Assembly (NCBI GenBank): GCA_030037595.1
Contig: JASHQJ010000178.1
Location: 1-52,027 of the forward strand
Origin: Candidatus Binataceae bacterium
GTDB taxonomy: Bacteria > Desulfobacterota > Binatia > Binatales > Binataceae
DNA length: 52,027 bases
Direction of reading: 5' to 3'
Shown here: one piece after another, positions 36,060-45,308 of the stretch
Layout: each line of letters opens with the position of its first letter
Numbering within the stretch: position 1 is the first letter of the stretch
The notes under the pieces: generated by a model
Seen by the model: the letters and a program-made list of their open reading frames with translations, nothing else
What the model was told of the DNA's origin: nothing
Databases searched by the model: none
Made by a program: the position numbers and the translations under genes

Positions 36060-36308
36060 TTCGATGCCTCCCGCGCCCGCGCCGATTTGACGGATAAGAT
36101 CGTTCGGACATTTTGCTTATAACACGCGCTGATATCTCATCTCAGGTGCACGCGCAGGATCAAATTGAAACAAGCGCATCGATTTGGATACATCACCGTC
36201 GAAACAGCGAAATCGCGGTTGTAACGGCCGATACTCGCCGGCTATCTTGGGCTAATTGTCCGTATATCGACTTGCCGAGCCGAGACTTTTCGAAGAGAGG
36301 CACTGACC

Positions 36309-38203
36309 GTGAAGCGCATATCAACATGCAAGTAGTGTGGTCTCGCTCGCGGCCGTATTCATGCTTTTTTGTCGGCGGCGGCACCGCATCCGCGCAGGGC
36401 TTCGCGGGTGTATTGACCTATCACGACGACAATTTTCGAAGCGGCGCGAACCTGCAGGAAACTCAGCTCACGCCAGCAAACGTCAACACCTCGACGTTCG
36501 GACTCACGTTCACCCGTCCGGTGGATGGTTACATCTACGCCGAATTCGCGCGATGTTGCCGCAGTAAACCTCTGCGCGCAGGGCACTCACAACGTCGTGA
36601 TCGTTGCGACCGAACATGACAGCGTTTATGCATTCGATGCGGACACTCGAGGGTCGCCGCTCGGGCAGACAAGCTTCATCAATCCCGCCGAGGAAGTCAC
36701 GACGATCCCTTCTGCCGACACAGAATGCACCGATCTCGTAGCAGAGGTCGGCATCACAAGCACACCAGTTATCGACGGCAATACCGGCATCGTTTACGTC
36801 GTCTCGAGAACGAAGACAGTACCGCCATCGAACCCCGATGCTACGCCCGTGTACTAGCAGCAACTGCACGCGCTTAACCTAAGCAATGGGCAGGAGATCT
36901 CGGGTAGCCCGGTGACGATCGATCCCGAGCTCCCCGGCACGGGCGATTGGCGGGACGACGATTACATTTAACCCGCTCACGCAGAATCAGCGTGCGGCGC
37001 TGACTATCGTCGCGAACGGCGGTACCAAGACGGTGTACATCGCGTCGGCCTCGCTCTGCGATAAGGGCACCTATCATGGCTGGGTGGTCGGTTACGATGC
37101 GACGTCGCTCGCGCAGGTTGCCGCCTTTAACGACTCGCCCAACGGCAGCCAGGCCGGAATCTGGCAGAGCGACGACGGTCCCGGCGTCGACGCTGACGGC
37201 AATCTATTCGTGAATCAACGGTAACCGAACCTGCGACGTCAATACCGGCGGCGTTGACTACGGCGACCGCTTTATGATGCTGGCCCCCCACTCGGATCGC
37301 AGTCTCGCCGTCGCGACGTATTTTACGCCTTCCAATCAAGCGCTGCTCAATCAGGCGATCTCTCGACCTCGGTTCCGGCGGCCCGCTGCTGCTGCCGGAT
37401 CAGACTACCGGGCCGTACACCTGATCGTGAGCCGCCGCAAGAACGGCACCATTTTCGTCCTCAACCGCGACGACATGGGCGGCTTCAATTCGAGCGGCGA
37501 CCAGGTCGTACCGGAAATTACTTCGCAGAGCAGCGGACTTTGGAGCTCGCCGACCTACTTCAACGGCCTCATCTTCTTGACGCCGAGTAATGACAACGTG
37601 CAGACGTAATCACTGACGAACGGGCTTCTCTCGACTACCCGAATTTCGATTTCCGGCTTTAGCCTCGGCTTCGAAGGCGCGCCAACGGCGATCTCGGCCA
37701 ACCCTACCAGCAATTCGATCCTGTGGTTGATCGATGCGACCGGCGTTCATAATTCGCCCGAGACTCCGTCCGTACTGCATGCATTGAACCCGACGAGCCT
37801 CAGCGATGGGTATTACAACTCGAACATGGTCGCGACTGATACGCCCGGCATGCCGGTAAAGTTCAGCGTTCCTAAAGTCGCCAATGGCAAGGTTTATGTC
37901 GGCACGCAAGCGCAGCTTGCCGTGTACGCTCTTAAGTCCACACTGCCACCTATCGTTTGCGCGCAGCTCAAGGTCTCGCGGACATCTTTGAATTTCGGCA
38001 GCGTCAAGCTCGATGCCAGCAAGTTGACGGTTACAATCAATGCTACCCAAGCCGGAGCATCGACGGGGACGCTGACGATCGTGGACAACTCGAGCAGTGG
38101 CGCTCTTAATGTTTCACTGGGCGCTAAGGGCAAAGCGCCGAAGCTGACTGGGTCTGAATGGCGACTGCTGCGTCGATCAAATCGCGAAGATCGTCTCGCG
38201 TAA
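36309..38203 (+). pseudogene. heavily decayed secreted PQQ-like beta-propeller protein gene
   Basis: Homologous sequence continues across frames. The signal-peptide piece VVSLAAVFMLF (f1) joins VGGGTASAQGFAGVLTYHDDNFRSGANL…VDGYIYA (f2, shift in the T6 run 36365-70). Next comes AAVNLCAQGTHNVVIVATEHDSVYAFDAD…PVY (f0), an in-frame TAG at 36855, then QQLHALNLSNGQEISGSPV. The sequence TFNPLTQNQRAALTIVANG…YHGWVVGYDA…GNLFVNQ is in f1, GNRTCDVNTGGVDYGD…YFTPSNQALLNQ in f2, LDLGSGGPLLLPDQTTGPY in f0, and HLIVSRRKNGTIFVLNRDDMGGFN in f2. An in-frame TAA follows at 37607, then …KFSVPKVANGKVYVGTQAQLAVYAL. This totals at least 6 frameshifts and 2 premature stops. Confidence 0.75.
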
Positions 38204-38285
38204 TCGATCTTTAACCGGACAAGCCACATCCGATCTTGCGGGATTATCCCTGATCTGAAAGTTTTAGCGCGGGACGCACTGTCAG

Positions 38286-39629
38286 GTGCGTCCGGCTCTG
38301 ATGCGCGCGCTTAGAACGGAAACCGACAATGCTCCGCTGCCGGCGGGATTCGCTCCCCCCTCGCGCCGCTACCTGATCGCGCTCTTCGCGATGCTCATGT
38401 CGGCCACGATCTTCGAAGGCTACGACATCACGATCTTCCACCTCTGCACGCCGAACATCGCCAAGACCTTTCAGCTCGCAGACCCGCAGATCGGCCTGAT
38501 GGCGACAATCGTGCGCATCGGCGGGATGTTCTCATTCTTCGTGGTGATCCTTGCCGACCGCTACGGCCGCAAGCCGATCCTCTCGGTTACCGTGCTCTGT
38601 TACTCGGTCTTCACGCTGCTGACCGCGCTTTCATCGGGCGTGGCGAATTTCACAGTCTTCCAGAGTTCGGCGCAGGTCTTTCTCGCGGCAGAATTCGGCG
38701 TCGCCGTCACCATGATCGGCGAGGAGTTTCCGGATTCCTCGCGTGGCCGCGCGCTCGGCGCGCTGCACATGGTCGCTTTCCTCGGCGTCACCGCCGCGGG
38801 CCTTGCTTATGGCGTGATGTCGGAAACGCGTTGGGGATGGCGCGGAATGTATCTGCTCGGGCTTGCGCCTCTCTTGCTGATCGCGTTTGTGCGGCGTGGG
38901 ATGCGTGAGACGGTTCGTTTCCAGGCGCTTCAAGCAGAGCGGGCGGCGACTAGTCGCACCTTGCCCGACTTCTGGGTGTCGATTCGGCAGTGCATCACGC
39001 CGCTCCTCGGCTCCTACCGCGGGCGATTGCTGCTGATCGCGACGATGTGGAATTCGATCGGACTCATTGGCGGTCCCACCGTCACTTACTTCAGCCTCTA
39101 TGCGAAGCGCGATCACGGTTGGAAGGCATCCGAGATCAGCATGGCCTTCATCCTGGCCTACATGGCGGGCACGGCCGGTTCACTTCTGTCTGGCTATCTA
39201 ATGGATCGGATAGGGCGTCGATTCACGACGGCAGCGTTCTATATCGTGTCCGGCGTCGCGATGTATGCGCTGTTTCGAAGTGATTCGCATTCGGCGATGC
39301 TCCTCGCCGAAATAGTTACCATGTTTGCGTACCAGGCGGCGCGTACCGCGACCTCAGCGCTCTCGACTGAACTTTTCCCCACCGAGATTCGCGCGACTGG
39401 CTATTCGCTCTGCGTGCAGGTGATCGGCCAAATCGGATGGGCCATCTCGCCGTTGTTGATCGGATTGCTCTCCGCACCGATGGGCGGACTCGGCAACGCC
39501 GCGTCGATATTCGCGCTCGGTCCCCTGGTCGGCGTGGCGCTGGTCTTTGCAATTGTGCCCGAGACGCGCGGACGCACGCTGGAGGAAATCTCGCCGGGGA
39601 CGATATTGGCGCGGGACCAACCAGACTAG
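38286..39629 (+). CDS. MFS transporter (metabolite/sugar:H+ symporter-like)
   Basis: 447 aa with about 12 TM segments and an MFS motif-A-like DRYGRKPIL. The start is ambiguous (GTG 38286 or ATG 38301). Confidence 0.8.
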   Translation: MRPALMRALRTETDNAPLPAGFAPPSRRYLIALFAMLMSATIFEGYDITIFHLCTPNIAKTFQLADPQIGLMATIVRIGGMFSFFVVILADRYGRKPILSVTVLCYSVFTLLTALSSGVANFTVFQSSAQVFLAAEFGVAVTMIGEEFPDSSRGRALGALHMVAFLGVTAAGLAYGVMSETRWGWRGMYLLGLAPLLLIAFVRRGMRETVRFQALQAERAATSRTLPDFWVSIRQCITPLLGSYRGRLLLIATMWNSIGLIGGPTVTYFSLYAKRDHGWKASEISMAFILAYMAGTAGSLLSGYLMDRIGRRFTTAAFYIVSGVAMYALFRSDSHSAMLLAEIVTMFAYQAARTATSALSTELFPTEIRATGYSLCVQVIGQIGWAISPLLIGLLSAPMGGLGNAASIFALGPLVGVALVFAIVPETRGRTLEEISPGTILARDQPD

Positions 39630-40144
39630 GCGGCGAGGTGCAGGCGTTGCCGAATCACGCGGCATGCCTCCTCGGGCGCTCCTGAAACATCCACTTCGAT
39701 CGCGTCACGCGGCAGCTCGAGCGTGTCGAACTGGCTGCCGAGCAAATCAGGATCGAAAAAGTGCCCGGTGCGCTTGTGGAGCCGCTCGGCAATCAGCGCG
39801 CGAGGCGCGTTCAGAAAGACCAATCTCACCTTGACTGGATCGATGACGATCATGTCGCGATAACTCTGCTTCAGCGCCGAGCATGCGACGATTGTGTGCG
39901 TGCCGTCGCGAAGGCATCGCGCGATCAGCTCGTGTATCGCGATGAGCCACGGCCGCCGATCCTCGTCGGTCAGCGCAATTCCATCGTGCATCTTGTGGCG
40001 ATTGGCGTTGGAGTGGAATTCGTCGCCGTCGTGCCAATCCCATCCGAGCTCGCGCGCGAGCATCATGCCGATCGTCGTCTTGCCGCTTCCTGACACTCCC
40101 ATCAACACGACGACGACCGGCGCGTCTTTCACCTGATCGGGCAT
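39626..40144 (-). CDS. gntK: gluconokinase (GntK/thermoresistant glucokinase family)
   Basis: 172 aa with the P-loop LMGVSGSGKTTIG, then GDEFHSNANRHKM..G..LTDEDRRPWL and VACSALKQSYRD. Confidence 0.82.
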   Translation of the reverse strand: MPDQVKDAPVVVVLMGVSGSGKTTIGMMLARELGWDWHDGDEFHSNANRHKMHDGIALTDEDRRPWLIAIHELIARCLRDGTHTIVACSALKQSYRDMIVIDPVKVRLVFLNAPRALIAERLHKRTGHFFDPDLLGSQFDTLELPRDAIEVDVSGAPEEACRVIRQRLHLAA

Positions 40145-40253
40145 CCAAGAAATTCTCGCGCCGATTTTCTTCGGTTTCCATCGTTAATCGTCCGCCTCCA
40201 GTGCGGCCAATTCTGCTAAGCTCGTGCGCACTTCAACCACGAGTGGAGCGATC

Positions 40254-41108
40254 ATGCCGGCTGAATTCAGTCATCACTATGCGAACCTGAAAGACGTGCG
40301 CCTGCACTACGTGACCCTCGGAAACGGCTATCCCGTTGTCCTGATCCATGGATGGCCGCAGACCTGGTACGAATGGCGCCGCGTGATGCCTCTGCTCGCA
40401 GATTCGTTCACACTCATCGCGCCGGATTTGCGCGGGCTTGGCGATTCGTCACGGCCCGCGAGCGGCTATGACAAAAAGACGCTCGCCAACGACGTCTGGC
40501 TGCTGATGAGTGAGAGCCTGGGCCATCGGCGCTTCGCGGTGGTCGGTCACGATTGGGGCGCACCAGTCGCGTTCCGGCTCGCGGCGGATCACGCAGACGC
40601 TGTATCGCATCTGGTGATGCTTGACGTGCCGGTGCCGGGCGACCAGCCGGCGGGATCGGGAATCGGCGGCACGCCGCGATGGCATCACCTGTTCAACCGC
40701 GTTCCTGACCTGCCGGAAGCGCTGACCTTCGGCCGCGAGCGGATCTTCCTTGAATATTTCTTCATGAACGGCACCGACCAGGCGAACGTCTTCAGCGACG
40801 CCGATATCGCGGAATACGTCCGCACGTATTCGCAGCCTGGTGCGATGCGCGCGGGATTCAATTTCTACCGCAACATGACCAAGGATGTCGCCGATAATCG
40901 CGCAACGTTCGCGACCGGATTCAAACTGCCGATGCCGACGCTTGGGCTTGGCGGCGGCGGTTCACGCGGACGCGGCGAATTGGTGGTCGAATCGCTCCGG
41001 CGCGTTGCGGTGCGAGCCGAGGGCGGCTCGATCGCGGATTGCGGCCACTTCATCCCCGAGGAGAAGCCTCGCGAGCTGGCCGACCGTCTGCGCGCTTTTC
41101 TGAAATAG
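40254..41108 (+). CDS. alpha/beta hydrolase (epoxide hydrolase / haloalkane-dehalogenase-like, Asp nucleophile)
   Basis: ATG at 40254 follows GGAG. The motifs are VVLIHGWPQTWYEWRRV (HGxP oxyanion motif) and VVGHDWGAPVA (nucleophile elbow with Asp). Confidence 0.85.
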   Translation: MPAEFSHHYANLKDVRLHYVTLGNGYPVVLIHGWPQTWYEWRRVMPLLADSFTLIAPDLRGLGDSSRPASGYDKKTLANDVWLLMSESLGHRRFAVVGHDWGAPVAFRLAADHADAVSHLVMLDVPVPGDQPAGSGIGGTPRWHHLFNRVPDLPEALTFGRERIFLEYFFMNGTDQANVFSDADIAEYVRTYSQPGAMRAGFNFYRNMTKDVADNRATFATGFKLPMPTLGLGGGGSRGRGELVVESLRRVAVRAEGGSIADCGHFIPEEKPRELADRLRAFLK

Positions 41109-41119
41109 AATCCGAGTGG

Positions 41120-42748
41120 CTAGTGTGCCGCGGCGGACGAGCCCGCATTCAGCTTCTTGAGCAGCAGGAACGACGGGACGAACAGAAACGCCATCACCGC
41201 GAGCAGGCGATAGATGTCGTTGTATGCCATCAGAGAGGCCTGCGCCTGGACCGTGCCGTAGAGCATGCCGAAACCTTGCGGATTGCCGTTGATCAATCCC
41301 TGCATAAGCGAGAGATGCGGCGCTCCTCGAGCCATCGCCGCGCCATGGTCGAGCCTCCACGCGTCGAAGACCGTGACATGTTGCACGAGATAGGATTGGT
41401 GAATCTGCTCGCGGCTGTTGAGCAGGTTCGACACCATCGAGATGCCGATTGCCGAACCCGTGTTGCGCATCATGTTGTAAAGGCTCGCCGCGTAGCCCAT
41501 CCGCTCGCGCTCGACGCACGACAGCGTAGCGGCCGACATCGTCGGGAAGATGAGCCCGCTGCCGAGACCGGAAATGAAAATCGGCATCAGCACGTTGGTC
41601 ATCGCGACGCCGAGCGTCCAGTGAGCCATCGACCACATCGCGTAGGCCACCACGGCGAAACCGAGGCCGACCAGCCATCGCGTATCGACGCCGCGCCGCG
41701 ATAACTGCCCGATCAGCAGCATCGAGCAGAGGGTGCCGAAGCCGCGCGGCATCACGGCGAGCCCCGATTTCCACGCTGTGTAGCCCAGCAGATCCTGGAA
41801 GAAGAGGGGATTGAGCAGGTTCGATCCATACAGCACCAACACCATCACCATGATGATCACGACTGAGTAGTCGAAAGTCGGGATCTTGAGGATGCTGAGG
41901 TCGAGAATCGGTTCCGGGAACCTGAGTTCGTGGAAAACCAGCAGCGTGAGCGAAATCACCGACGCCGCGGTGAAAATCGTGACCCATGCTGACGAGAACC
42001 AGTCTGCTCGCTGACCGCGATCGAGGACAATTTGCAAAAGCCCAAGGCCCAGCGCCAGGTACGCGATGCCGAGGTAGTCGATGTGCCGCGCCTTCGCACG
42101 CGAGGCTTTCAGGAACGCCGGATCGTGCACGAAAGTGTAAACCATCGTCGCGGCAAGGATTCCGGTCGGCAGGTTGATGTAGAAGTTCCAGCGCCAGTTC
42201 CAATTGTCAGTGATCCAGCCGCCGAGCGTCGGACCGAGCACCGGAGCGACCATCAGGCCGACGCCCCACATCGCCATCGCGAGTCCCTGCTCGGCAGGCG
42301 GAAATGTTTCCATCAGGATCGCCTGCGATGACGGAATCATCGCGGCGCCGGCCGCGCCCTGGATGAGACGGAAAACGACGATTTGATCGAGCGACTGAGC
42401 CGCGCCGCAAAGTCCGGATGCGACGACGAAGACCAGCACGGAGAAGAGAAAATAGCGCTTGCGCCCGAAGCGTCCGGAGATCCATCCCGTCAGCGGAATC
42501 ATGATGCCGTTGGCGACGATGTAGCTGGTCAGCACCCACGTGATCTCGTCGGTGCTGGCGGAGAAGCTGCCCTGCATGTGCGGCAGGCATACGTTGACGA
42601 TCGAGGTGTCGAGCACTTCGAGCGTGGCGCCGAGCATAACGGCGATCGCGACCAGCCACTTGTGCTGACTCGCCGCGTCGGATGATGAACGAGCCGCGGG
42701 TGGCGGAGGGATGGCGGCGCGGGGCGCGGATGATACAGCCGAGGCCAT
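41120..42748 (-). CDS. MFS drug:H+ antiporter, DHA2 (EmrB/QacA, 14-TMS) family
   Basis: 542 aa. The pattern LDTSIVNVCLPHMQGSF…ITWVLTSYIVANGIMIPLTGWISGRFGRKR is typical of the DHA2 N-terminus. It is divergent from a TetR gene. Confidence 0.88.
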   Translation of the reverse strand: MASAVSSAPRAAIPPPPAARSSSDAASQHKWLVAIAVMLGATLEVLDTSIVNVCLPHMQGSFSASTDEITWVLTSYIVANGIMIPLTGWISGRFGRKRYFLFSVLVFVVASGLCGAAQSLDQIVVFRLIQGAAGAAMIPSSQAILMETFPPAEQGLAMAMWGVGLMVAPVLGPTLGGWITDNWNWRWNFYINLPTGILAATMVYTFVHDPAFLKASRAKARHIDYLGIAYLALGLGLLQIVLDRGQRADWFSSAWVTIFTAASVISLTLLVFHELRFPEPILDLSILKIPTFDYSVVIIMVMVLVLYGSNLLNPLFFQDLLGYTAWKSGLAVMPRGFGTLCSMLLIGQLSRRGVDTRWLVGLGFAVVAYAMWSMAHWTLGVAMTNVLMPIFISGLGSGLIFPTMSAATLSCVERERMGYAASLYNMMRNTGSAIGISMVSNLLNSREQIHQSYLVQHVTVFDAWRLDHGAAMARGAPHLSLMQGLINGNPQGFGMLYGTVQAQASLMAYNDIYRLLAVMAFLFVPSFLLLKKLNAGSSAAAH

Positions 42749-42774
42749 GGACTTTGCTAAGATGAGCGCGGATT

Positions 42775-42840
42775 CCGACCAGTCAGAGCGGAAGACGACC
42801 CTTATCTTGAATAATGACTGACTGGTCGGTTATTATCAAG
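42775..42840. promoter_or_regulatory. nested inverted repeats in the MFS/TetR divergent region (operator candidates)
   Basis: CCGACCAGTCAG (42775-42786) and its exact reverse complement CTGACTGGTCGG (42818-42829) form one repeat. The second copy is flanked by the imperfect palindrome CTTGAATAAT…ATTATCAAG (42806-42840), which ends 1 nt before the TetR ATG. Confidence 0.5.
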
Positions 42841-42841
42841 T

Positions 42842-43492
42842 ATGCCCAGGGTAGCCGCCGCCAGACGCGAACAGTACGCCGCCGGCCGCCGCGACCAGAT
42901 CCTCGAGGCCGCGCTGCGCGTCTTCGCCGACAAAGGCTTCGCCGAAACCACCATGGACGAAGTCGCGGCCGACGCCGGCCTCGCCAAGGGCAGCCTCTAC
43001 GTTTACTTCCCGACCAAGGAAGACCTGCTCCGAAAGCTGCTGAGCCGCTTCACCCTCCTGCCTGAGCTGCCGCAGTTGATGGACTCGATTCGCGAGATGC
43101 CGCCCCGCAAGGGGATTCCAAAGCTGGTGACGCAGATCTGGCGCCGCTTTCGCGAGCGGCGTGAGCTCGCGCGCGTCGTGGTGCGCGAAATCCATTCCAA
43201 CGCCGAGCGCGCGCGTATCTTCAACGAAGAGGTCGGCCTTCGCGCCTATCGCCTGCTGGCCGATTACCTCGCGGTCTGGATGAAACGCGGCGATCTCAAG
43301 CGCGCGGATCCGATCGCGACCGCACAGTGCCTCTTCGGGATGCTCTGGTTCTTTTTGCTGTCACAGGAGTTGATGAGCGGCAAGGAGACGCACCCGCTGT
43401 CCGACCAGGCCGTAGGCAAGGTCGTATCGCAGATGTTCCTCGCAGGCGCCGCGGCGCCGGCGCAACTCTCTGCGCGCAAGCGCGGTCGATGA
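42842..43492 (+). CDS. TetR/AcrR family transcriptional regulator
   Basis: The HTH is QILEAALRVFADKGFAETTMDEVAADAGLAKGSLYVYFPTKEDL. Confidence 0.9.
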   Translation: MPRVAAARREQYAAGRRDQILEAALRVFADKGFAETTMDEVAADAGLAKGSLYVYFPTKEDLLRKLLSRFTLLPELPQLMDSIREMPPRKGIPKLVTQIWRRFRERRELARVVVREIHSNAERARIFNEEVGLRAYRLLADYLAVWMKRGDLKRADPIATAQCLFGMLWFFLLSQELMSGKETHPLSDQAVGKVVSQMFLAGAAAPAQLSARKRGR

Positions 43493-43542
43493 CAGTCATC
43501 GATCAGGTGGCCCTTCTGTTTGCCAATTGTTACTAAAGGTGC

Positions 43543-44442
43543 GTGGCGAACGAAGTGCCGGTCGGCCTGAAGAGCCTGCTCAAACCCTACCGCATCGACG
43601 GCGGCCGCAAGTTCAGCCTGCGCGACCATGATCCCGCGCGCGTTCCAAAGCAAGCAAACAAAAAGCGCGCGCTAGAGCTTTTGCCGCAGGGTATCGAGGC
43701 GCTGGCGCAGATGCAGGATATGCTCTACGCGCAGAATCTGTGGGCGATCCTGCTGATCTTTCAGGCCCCGGACGCCGCCGGCAAGGACAGCGTTATCAAG
43801 CACGTCATGTCCGGCATCAATCCTCAAGGTTGCCAGGTTTATTCATTCAAGCAGCCGTCCGCCGAAGAGCTTGACCACGATTACATGTGGCGCAGCGCCG
43901 TGCGATTGCCGGAGCGCGGCCGGATCGGGATCTTCAACCGTTCATATTATGAAGAGGTGCTGGTCGTTCGCGTACACAAGGAGTTGCTCACGCGCCAGCA
44001 TATCCCACCGAAGCTCATAACCAAGCGCATCTGGCGCGAGCGCTACGAAGACATCAGCTCATTCGAACACTACTTATCGCGCAACGGCATCGTGATCAGG
44101 AAATTCTATCTTCACCTGTCGCACCGGGAACAGAAGCGCCGCTTTCTCAAACGGCTCGATGATCCCGACAAGAACTGGAAGTTCTCGATTTCAGATGTAA
44201 CCGAGCGTGACCACTGGAACGAATACATGACCGCGTACGAGGAAATGATCCGCTACACGGCAACGCCTTATGCGCCCTGGTTCGTGATCCCCGCGGACAA
44301 AAAGTGGTTCACGCGAATTGTAGTGGCGGCGGCCGTGGTTGACGCGATGCGCGATCTCGATTTGCACTATCCGAAGGTAGATAGAGAGAAACGCGAGGAA
44401 CTCTTTACCGCGCGCCATCAGCTGCTCCACGAGAAGCGCTAG
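43543..44442 (+). CDS. ppk2: polyphosphate kinase 2 (PPK2) family phosphotransferase
   Basis: GTG start. The Walker-A-like motif is IFQAPDAAGKDS. Also present are HDYMWR, IGIFNRSYYEEVLVVRVH and WFVIPADKKW. Confidence 0.88.
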   Translation: MANEVPVGLKSLLKPYRIDGGRKFSLRDHDPARVPKQANKKRALELLPQGIEALAQMQDMLYAQNLWAILLIFQAPDAAGKDSVIKHVMSGINPQGCQVYSFKQPSAEELDHDYMWRSAVRLPERGRIGIFNRSYYEEVLVVRVHKELLTRQHIPPKLITKRIWRERYEDISSFEHYLSRNGIVIRKFYLHLSHREQKRRFLKRLDDPDKNWKFSISDVTERDHWNEYMTAYEEMIRYTATPYAPWFVIPADKKWFTRIVVAAAVVDAMRDLDLHYPKVDREKREELFTARHQLLHEKR

Positions 44443-44453
44443 CGCGCAGCTCT

Positions 44454-45218
44454 TCAGCGATCCGGACGATCGCAGGCCACGATCAGAAAAGGCGGGCGCT
44501 CGCGCTCGTTGGCCCAATCCGGATGTGCCGCGATCTGCTCGAGGCTGGGCGCCCATTCCTCGAGGTGGAGAATGCAAAGTCCTGAAGCGAGCAAAAGTCT
44601 CAAATAAGTTCCGATCATTCGATGTTGCTTGATCACGCCAGGTGCGAGCCAGTTCGTGATGCGCGGACCTTCGTCGAGATAGCGATCGATGGGCCAGATG
44701 ATATTTCCGCCCGAATCTTCCGACCATCCGGGATTCGTTGGCGCGGTGAAGATCGGATGCTCGACCGAAAAGACCATTCGACCGCCAGGAATGAGTGCCG
44801 CGAATGCGCGGTGGAAGAGTGCCGCGAGATTCTCGACGTAGTGAAGCGCGAGCGAACTGTAGACGAGATCGAAAGCCGCGGTCGGCGGTGCGTAGTTCTC
44901 GAGGTCGGCCCTTTCGTAGGTGATCGCATCGTCGCGCGTGTTGTCCTTTGCCCGCGCGAGCATCTTCTCGGAGAGATCCACGCCGAACACGCTGCGCGCG
45001 CCGTGTTCGCGTGCCCATCGGCAGAACCACCCGAACCCGCATCCGAGATCCAGCACGCGGCGGCCGTTGAGGGCCGGCAGCAGCGCCTGTATCGATGGCC
45101 ACTCGGGCGCGCCGTCGAGACCTTCAACCGATCGCTTCAGTTGGCTGTAGGCATCGAAGAACGATTTGTCGTCGTAGATATTCTGCGCCACGGCCGCGGT
45201 TGCCTGCGCGAGCATCAT
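44454..45218 (-). CDS. class I SAM-dependent methyltransferase
   Basis: ATG at 45218 (MMLAQATAAVAQNIYDDKSFFDAY…). SAM motif I is VLDLGCGFGW. The track's 45362 start extends into the divergent promoter region. Confidence 0.82.
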   Translation of the reverse strand: MMLAQATAAVAQNIYDDKSFFDAYSQLKRSVEGLDGAPEWPSIQALLPALNGRRVLDLGCGFGWFCRWAREHGARSVFGVDLSEKMLARAKDNTRDDAITYERADLENYAPPTAAFDLVYSSLALHYVENLAALFHRAFAALIPGGRMVFSVEHPIFTAPTNPGWSEDSGGNIIWPIDRYLDEGPRITNWLAPGVIKQHRMIGTYLRLLLASGLCILHLEEWAPSLEQIAAHPDWANERERPPFLIVACDRPDR

Positions 45219-45287
45219 AGCCCCGGCCGCGTCGCTGTGCGATGCGTGCTCTCTCAAGCTTGCATCGGGCAGCGAGGTCGGCGAGTT

Positions 45288-45308
45288 TGCATGCGGAAGT
45301 CGCATGCA
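45288..45308 (+). promoter_or_regulatory. 8-bp hairpin containing the first ATG of the MFS gene
   Basis: TGCATGCG (45288-45295), loop gaagt, then CGCATGCA (45301-45308). The ATG at 45304 lies in the 3' arm. Confidence 0.3.

Noticed and set aside
36309-38203. Programmed ribosomal frameshifting or stop read-through in the beta-propeller gene
   Set aside because: There are too many independent shifts in both directions plus two different stop codons. No slippery heptamer or pseudoknot pattern recurs, so decay is the simpler explanation.
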